This document shows positions 8,901-17,973 of a stretch of DNA of 64,000 nucleotides, in pieces. A model generated the notes under the pieces. That model ran no database searches, was not told the origin of the DNA, and worked only from the letters and a program-made list of their open reading frames with translations. The position numbers were made by a program, and so were the translations under genes. The stretch comes from Spirochaetia bacterium. Lineage in GTDB: Bacteria; Spirochaetota; Spirochaetia; DSM-2461. The DNA lies in NCBI GenBank assembly GCA_963668315.1, contig OY764216.1, forward strand, positions 4,352,001-4,416,000, written 5' to 3'. Positions within the stretch are counted from its first letter, which is position 1, and each line of letters opens with the position of its first letter.

Positions 8901-10072
8901 AAGAACGGCGTACCCTTTTCCATCTTTGCCCCGTAACTCTCGGCTATCGTGGCTGCCAGATCGGCAAAGGTGGCGCGGATTCCCACAGAACCGCCCGGCT
9001 GTCCTTTGATCATATAAAGAAGGGGGACATATTCCCTGGTATGGTCCGTTCCTTTGAATGAGGGATCGCATCCGTGATCTCCCGTGATGACCAGCCGGTC
9101 TCCCTCTTCCAGGAGTTCCAGCATTTTGGGAAGCTTGGAATCGATCTTATCAACGGAATTAAAGTACCCTTCCACATCCCTCCGATGACCGTAAACCATG
9201 TCCGTATCGACGAGATTCACAAAGATGAATCTGTCCTTTTCGCTCTTTTCCTTAAGCACCTTCAAGGTCCGGCAGAGGCAGTCGGGATTGCCCGTATCAT
9301 GATAGGAGACATCAATCCCCTGCTCCAGAAAAATGGATCCGATCTTTCCCACGGCGACCGTTTCCACACCCTTTTTCTGCAGTACGTCGAGGATGGAATG
9401 CCCCGGCAGGGTGATGCTGTAGTCATGCCGTTCGGAAGTCCGGAAAAAAGCGCCCGGTTCCCCGTCGAAAGGACGGGCTATCACGCGGCCCACCTTCAGG
9501 GGATCGCACAGTTTCCGTGCCTTTTCGCAAAGGGCGTATAGTTCTTCTATGGAGTATTTTTCCCGGTGGCAGGCGATCTGAAAAACGGAATCGGCCGAGG
9601 TATAGCAGATGGGATATCCGGTTTTCAGGTGCTCTTCACCCAGTTCGTCGATAATGGCCGTCCCCGAGGCGGCTTTATTTCCGAGAATGCCGCCGCAGCC
9701 TGTTTCCTTTATAAATGCATTCACCAGCTTTTCAGGAAAGGAGGGATATTCTGCCGGAAAAACATGAAAGGGCTTATCAAGGATGAGCCCCGCCATTTCC
9801 CAGTGGCCCGTGGTGGTATCCTTTCCCGGTGACGCTTCATTCATGACACCGAACCAGGCCTCCGGATTCTCAACGGGCTTGAGGCCGTCCAGAGGATTCC
9901 CGAGCAGCAGGGAAGCGTTGCCAAGTCCCATCCGCTTAAGAAACGGCCATTTTTCTCCGTGTATAATACTGCAGATGTGACCTGCCGTATTGGCCCCGCT
10001 GTCTCCGTATTTCGAGGCATCCGGCAAAGCGCCGATGCCGAAGCTATCAATAACAAGCACAATCGTAGTCAT
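8897..10072 (-). CDS. deoB: Phosphopentomutase
   Basis: LVIDSFGIGALPDA, GKDTTTGHWE, YTSADSVFQIA, YGHRRD, DHGCDP, DHTREYVP. Confidence 0.96.
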   Translation of the reverse strand: MTTIVLVIDSFGIGALPDASKYGDSGANTAGHICSIIHGEKWPFLKRMGLGNASLLLGNPLDGLKPVENPEAWFGVMNEASPGKDTTTGHWEMAGLILDKPFHVFPAEYPSFPEKLVNAFIKETGCGGILGNKAASGTAIIDELGEEHLKTGYPICYTSADSVFQIACHREKYSIEELYALCEKARKLCDPLKVGRVIARPFDGEPGAFFRTSERHDYSITLPGHSILDVLQKKGVETVAVGKIGSIFLEQGIDVSYHDTGNPDCLCRTLKVLKEKSEKDRFIFVNLVDTDMVYGHRRDVEGYFNSVDKIDSKLPKMLELLEEGDRLVITGDHGCDPSFKGTDHTREYVPLLYMIKGQPGGSVGIRATFADLAATIAESYGAKMEKGTPFF

Positions 10073-10212
10073 AGCGTCTTCCTTTATCCGGCAGTTAACC
10101 GGCCTTCAAATTCCATAATAATATCCTTTCGCCCGATTGTCCAATAAAAGCCTTATATTAGGTCAAAAAAATTCCGATTATGAAGATAAGATTTCTCAGG
10201 AGCGTCATAACG

Positions 10213-12936
10213 ATGAAAAAAGTGCTACCATTAATCCTCTTTATAACAATTCTTCCCCTTTTCGCCGGAGGAAAGCCGGAAATGCCCGGTGAACCGGCGG
10301 TTTTCGAATATCTCGATACCGGAGATGTGGAAGGATTGAAGCGTTACCTCCTTTCCGATAACCCGCAGGTGAATACCCCCAACAGCCAGGGGATATATCC
10401 TCTTCACCGTGCTGTGGAAAAGAACAGCCGGCAGATGAGTCTTCTTCTGCTGAACAGCATGGCGGCTCCCGATGTGAAAAATACCAAGGGTGAAACCCCT
10501 CTCCTCCTCAGTGCCAAAAGGGACAATCGGGAGCTGGTGGATCTTTTCCTTAAATGGGATGCCGACCCTCTCCTGCCCGACAATACCGGCACCTATGCCC
10601 TCCATTACGGGGTTAGAAACAACGATTTGGCCGTCGTCAGCGAACTGATTCCCGTCATGGATAATCCGGATATTCCCGACGGAGAGGGAAAATCGGCCCT
10701 TCTGATAGCCGTGGAAGAGGATTACCGCGATGTGGCCTCCTATCTGGTGGACAGCGGGGCGGATATCTATTACGAATCGTCCGACGGCATCCGTCCTGCG
10801 GAACTGCTCATTGAAGAGAAGGATCTGGAACTCATCAAGGCGGTAATTCGGGAAGAAAACTATCCCCGCTCCTTTGACAAGCCCTATCCCCTTCTCCACC
10901 GTGCCGTCGAACAGGGCCAGAGGGACATCTGCGAATATTTCATGGGTCTGAACAAGAAAGCCATGGATATCGCCGACGTGGAGGGCCGTCTGCCCATCGA
11001 CATAGCCCTCAGTTACAAAAGAAGCTATGACCATGCCCTGATCGCGAAATTCCTGATTGACCAGGGCTCCAAAAGAAGCAACCTGAGGGAATTCTCCTAT
11101 ATAACCGATCTTTTCCGAAATGAAGATATCACCATGGATCTGGGAGAGGGTGTGACCCCCCTTCACATGGCGGCCATGATGGGCCACGAAGGCCTCATTA
11201 AACTGATGATCAGCCGCTATTCTCCCGACCTGGATGTCAAGGATTCCGTGGGGGGAACTCCCCTTCTCTTTGCCGTCAGGGGCGGTCATGAAGCGATAGT
11301 TCAGATACTTCTGGATAAGGGAGCCGATGTTAATCAGTCGGACAATTATGAGCAGACGCCTCTCCACGCCGCCATCGGCCTGAACAACTACGCCACCATG
11401 ATCGATCTTCTGGTCAGCAGCGGCGCCCATATCAATCAGCAGGATGTTCACGGAAATACGGCTCTTCATCTGGCCGTGCAGTACGGACTCAGCCGTAATG
11501 TGGTGGAAGCCCTGGTGAATAAGGGGGCCGACGCCAATATACGGAACAGCGAGGGAAGCATCCCCCTCATCTATGCCCTTCTCGGGGAGAGAAACGACCT
11601 GATTCCCTTCCTTACGCCGATCTCCGATATTTTTGCCGTAAATCTGGATGATCAGTCCGCCGTTCTTCTTGCCCTTTCGGGGGATATGGCCCTTATGGAG
11701 AGCTTCTTCACTCCCCGCAACCTGGCTCTACAGGATGTGGAAGGCAATTCGGCGCTCCATTACGCTGCAACTTACCCCCTGGACGAGCTTACCACGGAAA
11801 AAATGGAATTCATGGTAAACCTGGGGGCCGATCCCAACCTGCGTAATGCCCGGGGTATGACCCCCCTTCACAGCGCCATAGAGAGTTTCTACTGGAAAAC
11901 AGCCAATACCCTGACCGGGCTTGGGGCCGATATGTACCTGGCGAACAACGCCGGTGAGACGGCCCTTCATATGGCTTACGTCCGGGGCAGCGATTTCTCC
12001 ATCCGCTTCCTTACAGACGGAAACGATCTGCTGGAAGTTACCGACCTGGCGGGCAACACGCCCCTGTTCCACGCGATCCGTGAGTACCACCTGCCTCTGA
12101 TAAAACTTCTCATCGCCAGCGGCGCCGAAGTGGACCACAAGAACAATCTGGGCCAGACGCCCCTCTTCACGGCGGTAAAGGAAAACTCCCTGGAATCGGT
12201 ACAGATACTCCTGGATAACGGCGCCGACCTGAATGTGGTGGATACGGCGGGAAACACGCTCCTGCACTTTCTCGTCCAGGCGCAGAACGTGAACTGGGTC
12301 GTCGGTGATATCCTGGTTGACGGGGGACTCTCGGTAAACAGTCACAACAACGAAGGCCTGACCCCGCTCCATGTCGCCATCAAGCAGGTTTCCACCACGG
12401 GAGCCGCCTATCTCATCGATAAAGACGCCGATGTTGATCCCCTGGACAAAAACGGCTTCACCCCCCTGTTTTACGCCGTCATGGAAGATTCGGTAGATCT
12501 GGTGAATTTCCTCCTTATCAACGGGGCAGGCATCAACAAAAGAGATCTCCGGGGCAATACGGTGCTTCATGCCTCCGTTCTTCAAGCCGTGGACATGGAT
12601 AACGGGGAAATGGTAGATCTCCTTCTGGACTGGAAGGCGGATATATTCGCCCGGAATAAAATCGGCGACACCCCCCTCGGCCTGGCCATAGAGGTCGGCC
12701 CCGTGGTTCTCGACCATATACTCAAGGAAGGAACGATCAACTCCATCAACAATGAGGGCAATACACCCCTTCATTACGCTCTGGAAGCGGAGGCCCCCGA
12801 TGCGGTCATTGAAATCATACTGGGGGAAGGGGCTGATAAAAAAGCGATCAACGGCAAGGGAGAGACTCCCCTGCAGACTGCGGAGAACAAGGGCTACGGC
12901 AGTTATATTCTGAATTTGCTGAAAGCTGAAAGCTGA
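10213..12936 (+). CDS. Large secreted ankyrin-repeat protein (roughly 20 repeats)
   Basis: Signal peptide MKKVLPLILFITILPLFAGGKPE, followed by many G-x-T-P/A-L-H-x-A...L-L-x-x-G-A-D-x-N ankyrin repeats. SD CAGGAG upstream of ATG 10213. Confidence 0.92.
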   Translation: MKKVLPLILFITILPLFAGGKPEMPGEPAVFEYLDTGDVEGLKRYLLSDNPQVNTPNSQGIYPLHRAVEKNSRQMSLLLLNSMAAPDVKNTKGETPLLLSAKRDNRELVDLFLKWDADPLLPDNTGTYALHYGVRNNDLAVVSELIPVMDNPDIPDGEGKSALLIAVEEDYRDVASYLVDSGADIYYESSDGIRPAELLIEEKDLELIKAVIREENYPRSFDKPYPLLHRAVEQGQRDICEYFMGLNKKAMDIADVEGRLPIDIALSYKRSYDHALIAKFLIDQGSKRSNLREFSYITDLFRNEDITMDLGEGVTPLHMAAMMGHEGLIKLMISRYSPDLDVKDSVGGTPLLFAVRGGHEAIVQILLDKGADVNQSDNYEQTPLHAAIGLNNYATMIDLLVSSGAHINQQDVHGNTALHLAVQYGLSRNVVEALVNKGADANIRNSEGSIPLIYALLGERNDLIPFLTPISDIFAVNLDDQSAVLLALSGDMALMESFFTPRNLALQDVEGNSALHYAATYPLDELTTEKMEFMVNLGADPNLRNARGMTPLHSAIESFYWKTANTLTGLGADMYLANNAGETALHMAYVRGSDFSIRFLTDGNDLLEVTDLAGNTPLFHAIREYHLPLIKLLIASGAEVDHKNNLGQTPLFTAVKENSLESVQILLDNGADLNVVDTAGNTLLHFLVQAQNVNWVVGDILVDGGLSVNSHNNEGLTPLHVAIKQVSTTGAAYLIDKDADVDPLDKNGFTPLFYAVMEDSVDLVNFLLINGAGINKRDLRGNTVLHASVLQAVDMDNGEMVDLLLDWKADIFARNKIGDTPLGLAIEVGPVVLDHILKEGTINSINNEGNTPLHYALEAEAPDAVIEIILGEGADKKAINGKGETPLQTAENKGYGSYILNLLKAES

Positions 12937-12980
12937 AAGCTGAAAGCTGAAAGCTGAAAGCTGAAAGCTGAAAGCTGAAA
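12918..12980. repeat. Heptamer tandem repeat (GCTGAAA)x9 spanning the ankyrin stop codon
   Basis: 63 bp of perfect 7-bp repeats read directly. The TGA at 12934-12936 lies inside the array. Confidence 0.97.
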
Positions 12981-12988
12981 AAAGTAGT

Positions 12989-13031
12989 ATCAGTCGGTCT
13001 CTATGTCGATAGTTACCGACTGATTTTTTTT
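12989..13031 (+). terminator. Intrinsic terminator between convergent genes
   Basis: ATCAGTCGGT (12989-12998) pairs with ACCGACTGAT (13015-13024), followed by a T run. Confidence 0.75.
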
Positions 13032-13045
13032 CCTATTTCGGCTAC

Positions 13046-13861
13046 TTATTCCTCATCCCCTTCGACGGCCATCATAGCCACGATTTTATCTTCCACATCA
13101 AGAAGGCGCTGCTGCATATCTTCGATGCTTTTCTGAATGCGCCGTTTCTGGGATTCCAGCTTCTTGACGGTCATCTTGGGCTCGGGACGGCTCTCTTTGA
13201 TTGACTGGCGCACCTCATTCTGGCTCTGTCCCTCTTTGAACGCCTGAACGGCTTCTTGTCTCTGGGCAGGCTCTTTTATGGAAGCAACAACTTTCATGTT
13301 GTCAAAGCCGATTTCCGGATCAACATCCCTGGCGAACATCTGCATGGCCGATTTGGCCGTCGTTCGGTTCATTCCCAGAGCCCGGTCGATATAGTCCTCA
13401 AAAATCGCATGCTTCTGCTGGCACAGATCGAGGGCCTGAATGAGAAGTTTTCCGAACTCTTTCATGATTTCGCCGTTTTTAGCCAGATAGTTTGACTTGA
13501 TCTGATCCGTCAGATCCTTGAAACGGGGATCGCTTTCATACACATTGGTATAGATGCCCTTCTCCTCGGCTGTCTTAAGAAGCTTGTGGAAAATATCCCA
13601 GAAAAGGACCGTATGATGGGCTCGGGGAGTGGTTTCATTGGCAAAACGGGTAAACTGAATATGATGGGCGAACTCATGAATCGCCGTATACATGAGAGAG
13701 TTGTCTTCTTCGAAATTCTGATTATGGATGATAATCTCATGGTTATCGGGATGGTAAAGGCCATCCACTTTCTTACTCTGCTTTCCCGAATAAATGAGGG
13801 TGAACTCAGCCACGTCCCCATCAATCTCCAATAGTTTTTCCTTAACCTGGTCTTGATTCAC
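13046..13861 (-). CDS. Hypothetical protein: HEXXH zinc-metallopeptidase-like N-terminus, DUF3102-like helical domain, C-terminal coiled coil
   Basis: YTAIHEFAHH and HHTVLFWDIF; GKLLIQALDLCQQKHAIFEDYIDRALGMNRTTAKSAMQ; heptad-rich tail. GTG start after GAGGAG. Confidence 0.75.
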   Translation of the reverse strand: MNQDQVKEKLLEIDGDVAEFTLIYSGKQSKKVDGLYHPDNHEIIIHNQNFEEDNSLMYTAIHEFAHHIQFTRFANETTPRAHHTVLFWDIFHKLLKTAEEKGIYTNVYESDPRFKDLTDQIKSNYLAKNGEIMKEFGKLLIQALDLCQQKHAIFEDYIDRALGMNRTTAKSAMQMFARDVDPEIGFDNMKVVASIKEPAQRQEAVQAFKEGQSQNEVRQSIKESRPEPKMTVKKLESQKRRIQKSIEDMQQRLLDVEDKIVAMMAVEGDEE

Positions 13862-13864
13862 TGC

Positions 13865-15088
13865 TTACTCCTCACCTGTCTCATTTTTGTGTGATATGTT
13901 ATAGAACAGGATTTCAAAAAGATCAATAAAGTTATGAAGGAATCCCCCTTTTTTCAGCTCACTGGCTGTAACAAGGGATGATTCACCCACCGGTTCACCT
14001 TCGAAATACCAGTTGATTTTACCCCCCGGCGATCCTTTAGGCAAGGGTGCCCTGAGCCAGGGTTCCGCCTCCCATGTCCGGGAAAGGAGATCTTTTTCCT
14101 GTTCACCGTAAGTAAAGAGGGGGATTTCTTCAGGAATCAGCAGTATTTCTTCTTCCTCCCCGGAATAAACCTTGAGGGGAAGGGAAAAATCCGGCAGGGG
14201 ACGGGTTTTCCAGTTGGCAAATCCGTACTCCAGCAGCTCAGTCGATTCCAGGGCCCGTTCCTTCACTCCCTCCCGGTAATCGTCGGTGAAGATTCCCATA
14301 ACAACCGTAATGAAACGGGTGTCCCCCCGCTTGGCGGTGGCGGCAAAATTAAAACCCGATTCATCTATATAACCGGATTTCAATCCGTCCACCCCTTCTA
14401 CATTACCCAGAAGCAGATTGGTATTCTTCTTTGTCCGGGATGTCAGGATCTGCCCGTCGGGAGCTTTGTTCTCATCCTTCGGATAGGTAAAGACTGCGAG
14501 GGAGTGGAGCTTTTCCAGAGCCCAGGGAAAGCGTTCTATGTATCGGCGGGAAAAATCGGCATAACTGACCGGGGAAACCTTGTTATTTTCACTCCAGCCG
14601 TCGGGATCTTCGAAATGCATATCTTCATATCCCATGGAATAGACGAGCAGATTCATCTTGTCGACAAATTTTTCCGGTGTCCCGGCCAGCAGTTCGGCCA
14701 GCTGATAGGCGCCGTCATTACCGGAAGAAACGGCGATTCCCTGAAGAAGTGTCAGATAATCGAGGGTCTGCCCCTCCTCCAGCAGCATGAGGGACGAACC
14801 GGCCGGTCGGGAAAAGGCGGAGCCCGTGGCAGTTACCGTAACGGGGGTATCCAGGGTGATATAACCCCGTTCCACCGCTTCGCAGCCGAGATAAAGGGAC
14901 ACAAGCTTGGTCATGGAAGCGGGAGGTCGGGCATCCGTTCCGTTCTTGTCATACAGGACACGTCCTGTCAGATAGTCCATGAGGACGGCGCTTTCCGCAG
15001 TCAGTTCCGGTGCGACCTGAGCGGCCGCGGAAAGGGTAACAAAGATACAAAATAGGGTTAGGGTAATTTTTCTCAAGGTATTTCTCAT
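13865..15088 (-). CDS. dacA: D-alanyl-D-alanine carboxypeptidase (peptidase S11)
   Basis: Signal peptide, PASMTKL (SxxK), SGND (SxN), GLKSGY (KTG-like). Confidence 0.93.
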   Translation of the reverse strand: MRNTLRKITLTLFCIFVTLSAAAQVAPELTAESAVLMDYLTGRVLYDKNGTDARPPASMTKLVSLYLGCEAVERGYITLDTPVTVTATGSAFSRPAGSSLMLLEEGQTLDYLTLLQGIAVSSGNDGAYQLAELLAGTPEKFVDKMNLLVYSMGYEDMHFEDPDGWSENNKVSPVSYADFSRRYIERFPWALEKLHSLAVFTYPKDENKAPDGQILTSRTKKNTNLLLGNVEGVDGLKSGYIDESGFNFAATAKRGDTRFITVVMGIFTDDYREGVKERALESTELLEYGFANWKTRPLPDFSLPLKVYSGEEEEILLIPEEIPLFTYGEQEKDLLSRTWEAEPWLRAPLPKGSPGGKINWYFEGEPVGESSLVTASELKKGGFLHNFIDLFEILFYNISHKNETGEE

Positions 15089-15101
15089 GATTTGTCAGAG
15101 C

Positions 15102-15130
15102 ATTATAAGTGGCACGGATTTTTCCGTCAA
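15102..15130 (-). promoter_or_regulatory. Near-consensus sigma70 promoter for dacA
   Basis: Minus strand TTGACG-17 bp-TATAAT, 13 nt upstream of the ATG. Confidence 0.75.
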
Positions 15131-15190
15131 CCGGAGGGAGGAATCAAATCCCAGATCCCTGCTGAGACAGACCATCGCGGTAAAACAAAT

Positions 15191-16210
15191 CTATAAACTA
15201 CCGATAAAGCGATTCAAAATATCCTCCAGTTTCTTTTTATCCAGAGAGTAATATACCCGTTTGCTTTCGCCCATTTCCACTTGGAAAATATTGAATCGAT
15301 TTAAAATCCCCATATGATGGCTCAGGGTTCCCCTTGTCAGATTCAATTCTTTCGCCAATTCCGTACTGTACCGGGGTTTTTCAGCCAGAGCTCTGATTAT
15401 TGACAAGCGGGAATCATCGGCTAAGGCTTTAAAAAAATCCAGGCTTGCAACCTTCCGAAGGGAAGGATCAAAGCTTTTCTCCATCTGATAGTTGTAACAT
15501 ACCAGTACGTTCGTCCCCCTCAGCGTGTAGAAGAGCCGCCCCCCCGCAAGATAGGAAACCAGGTAATCGAAGACAAGCTCTCCACCTTTCGCAGTATCAA
15601 GGGAAATTTTGATGAGCTCCTTTTCAAACTGATCGGGGTTCTCTTTTCTGAGTATCTCATGATTACGGGCTTTGCTCTTAAGAAAGGATTCTATCCGACT
15701 CTCATAGGGCTGGAAATACTCTTCATAGAGTCGGGAAAAAAACGAGCGGGCCCGATTTATCTGCTCTTCGGGATACCGCTTCAGTTCCTGGTATGCGGTC
15801 AACACTTTATCACCCTGCCCTACTTCGGAGAGCAAAGCCTCAAGAGCTTTCATCTTCCCATCATCATCTTCACCTATCAGTTCATCACCGTTGTTATCCA
15901 GAAAGAAGGTAATGTATTCCTGTGCGTCCATCTTTTGCCAGCGGGTACTGTATTCGGAGAAACTAGCAGCCCACCCCATAACGTCAGGAGCATAGAGTGG
16001 GTAGGTATAGAGAATCGTATCTTTTACCAAAAGCTTAAGGTCTGCCTTCATAGAAGGGGTAAGGTCCCTATTGGCATTGCCCACGATCTCCCTTATAAAT
16101 ACATCCGGTTCGGACCAACCGTTCCTTGAAGCGAAATTTTTATAATGGGCCAGGTTTTCAAGGAACTCGACAAATTCCCTTAAGAGGCTATAAGATATAA
16201 CTGACGACAT
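15191..16210 (-). CDS. ArsR/SmtB-family regulator with C-terminal winged HTH and a large N-terminal domain
   Basis: C-terminal FFKALADDSRLSIIRAL...ELAKELNLTRGTLSHHMGIL...RVYYSL. Confidence 0.85.
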   Translation of the reverse strand: MSSVISYSLLREFVEFLENLAHYKNFASRNGWSEPDVFIREIVGNANRDLTPSMKADLKLLVKDTILYTYPLYAPDVMGWAASFSEYSTRWQKMDAQEYITFFLDNNGDELIGEDDDGKMKALEALLSEVGQGDKVLTAYQELKRYPEEQINRARSFFSRLYEEYFQPYESRIESFLKSKARNHEILRKENPDQFEKELIKISLDTAKGGELVFDYLVSYLAGGRLFYTLRGTNVLVCYNYQMEKSFDPSLRKVASLDFFKALADDSRLSIIRALAEKPRYSTELAKELNLTRGTLSHHMGILNRFNIFQVEMGESKRVYYSLDKKKLEDILNRFIGSL

Positions 16211-16235
16211 CTGAGGCTTCTCCTTCCCTCATAAC

Positions 16236-17498
16236 CTATTCCGACTCTCCATAGGATATCAGATCAAGACGACGCAATACTTCCGTTCGCCCCATGAGGC
16301 CTAACAATAGTAACACGAATATCCCGCAGGTGGAAAGAATCATGGCGGGAGATATATTTTTCGTCAGAAAACCGAAGAGAAGATAAGCTATAGGTATGAT
16401 TCCCTCGCATAAAGAATCGGTCAGCGACCCTACCCGCCCCAGATATGCCCTGTCGACATAGGCTTGAAAGAAAACGCCGATCGGTATATTCACAATCATC
16501 GCCACCGCAGCAGCAAGCAAAGGAAATGGGGTTATTATCAAAGCAGCCGTTAGGGATGAAAAATGTTTTCCTGCGGAAAAAGCCATTCCAGTCAAAAGAA
16601 AAAGCAGCCCTATCATAGCAAGAGTGGAAATCATATGCCGCCGGGTAAGCCTAATATGAAGCTTTCCCGCAATTATCGCCCCGAGAAACGCACCGCCGGA
16701 TAGGGCGGACATTACCGCACCGTATAAATTCTCCGGCAATTTCAGATATTCAATGAGCCCATAGGGCAGAAGAACTGTCAGGGAAGAGAAAAAGAAATTC
16801 AAAAGCATCACGGATAAGGAGATATATACAAGCAGGGAGTCGGACTTGAAATATTCCAGGCCCTCCCGCAAATCTGACATAAAAGGCTTCCTTTGCTCCT
16901 CATCCGGTCCGACCTCGCTGCAATTAAAACGAAAATCGATGAATAGTTCCGATAAGGCCGAAAGGAAAAAGGAGATCCCGTTTATTGCCAGGAATATCCA
17001 AAGGGGGATGAACACGTAAATCAAACCGGCGACAAGAGGAGAAAGCAGAGTAACCAAACTGATGACGGATTGCCGCAGAGAACTGAGCAGAGTCAAAGAG
17101 TCCATGGTAACCATATCCCGCTGGGAAGCTGTAAAGGCCGTTTCCAGCATGATCTCAGTCAAGGAGAGAATTGGAGTCACGAGGTAAATCCAAAATAGCT
17201 TTAAGCTATGGGTATAACTAATGAAAACGAGAAATCCCATGAGAAAGGCACTGACAAAATCGGCTCCTACAATAAGTGCCTTTTTACTCATCCGGTCCGT
17301 AATGTTTCCGAGAAAAGGGCCTGCTATGACCCTGGGTAGAACACTTAGGACTAGAGAAATAGCGAAAGATTGCCCCGATCCGGTAAGGTTGAGCACATAT
17401 AATCCGATGGCAAACGAGTAAAGGGCCGTACCCAGTCGAGACACTCCTACTCCTGCTACAACAAATATGATGTTTCTTCTCTCTTTTTTCTTCATCAT
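16236..17498 (-). CDS. MFS transporter (MefA-like efflux type)
   Basis: About 12 hydrophobic segments, motif-A-like GNITDRMSKK, DLREGLEYF loop, YLGRV motif. Confidence 0.9.
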   Translation of the reverse strand: MMKKKERRNIIFVVAGVGVSRLGTALYSFAIGLYVLNLTGSGQSFAISLVLSVLPRVIAGPFLGNITDRMSKKALIVGADFVSAFLMGFLVFISYTHSLKLFWIYLVTPILSLTEIMLETAFTASQRDMVTMDSLTLLSSLRQSVISLVTLLSPLVAGLIYVFIPLWIFLAINGISFFLSALSELFIDFRFNCSEVGPDEEQRKPFMSDLREGLEYFKSDSLLVYISLSVMLLNFFFSSLTVLLPYGLIEYLKLPENLYGAVMSALSGGAFLGAIIAGKLHIRLTRRHMISTLAMIGLLFLLTGMAFSAGKHFSSLTAALIITPFPLLAAAVAMIVNIPIGVFFQAYVDRAYLGRVGSLTDSLCEGIIPIAYLLFGFLTKNISPAMILSTCGIFVLLLLGLMGRTEVLRRLDLISYGESE

Positions 17499-17516
17499 AT
17501 ATACACCTCATTGCAT

Positions 17517-17543
17517 TATACATATCATTTATATATATGTATT
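17517..17543. promoter_or_regulatory. Candidate operator (inverted repeat) for the MFS-ArsR operon
   Basis: TATACATAT-N9-ATATGTATA just upstream of the MFS ribosome-binding site. The AT-rich context lowers its specificity. Confidence 0.5.
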
Positions 17544-17855
17544 ATATTCATCTAACATAAAAGGTTTTGAAAAGAACTTCAAGAGCGAAGGCTAATAATA
17601 AATTCCATTGCCTACACATCTGCTTGCCCCCTATGCCCATGAAAGAAATGAGAAATTACCTAAGCTTTCGATTGAGATTCTGAAAGTCAATGAAATCATG
17701 GATAAAGGTATAATCAAAATCGTATTATCACCGGGCCGGACTGATCAGGCATCTAAAAAAAGAAATATCCGTTTTTTTAAGAAACAATCATCCCTAATTT
17801 CCGATGAGACGAAATACATGAAGAACAGAGTAATGACTTTTTTTACCCGATTTGT

Positions 17856-17907
17856 GAAAAGGGAGAGGGTATTATATTGTTTTCAATATAACGCCCTCTC
17901 CCTTTTC
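17856..17907. terminator. Long near-perfect palindrome (bidirectional terminator-like)
   Basis: GAAAAGGGAGAGGG-TA-TTATATTG-TTTT-CAATATAA-CG-CCCTCTCCCTTTTC. Confidence 0.6.
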
Positions 17908-17937
17908 CCCCCTTTCAAATCTGTAATCCCCCATTTC

Positions 17938-17966
17938 TTGTTAATCGGCAAAGGATAGGCTATAAT
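17938..17966 (+). promoter_or_regulatory. Sigma70 promoter, probably giving a leaderless transcript of the FHA-GGDEF gene
   Basis: TTGTTA-17 bp-TATAAT, then 7 nt to ATG 17974 with no SD. Confidence 0.65.
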
Positions 17967-17973
17967 AGAACCC

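Noticed and set aside
15110..15125. TGGCACG-N4-TTTCC as a sigma54 promoter
   Set aside because: It lacks the invariant -12 GC, points at the 3' end of a convergent gene, and lies in the spacer of a good sigma70 promoter.
17608..17958. 116-aa ORF in the divergent gap
   Set aside because: TTG start without an SD, atypical composition, and it runs through a strong hairpin and the next promoter.
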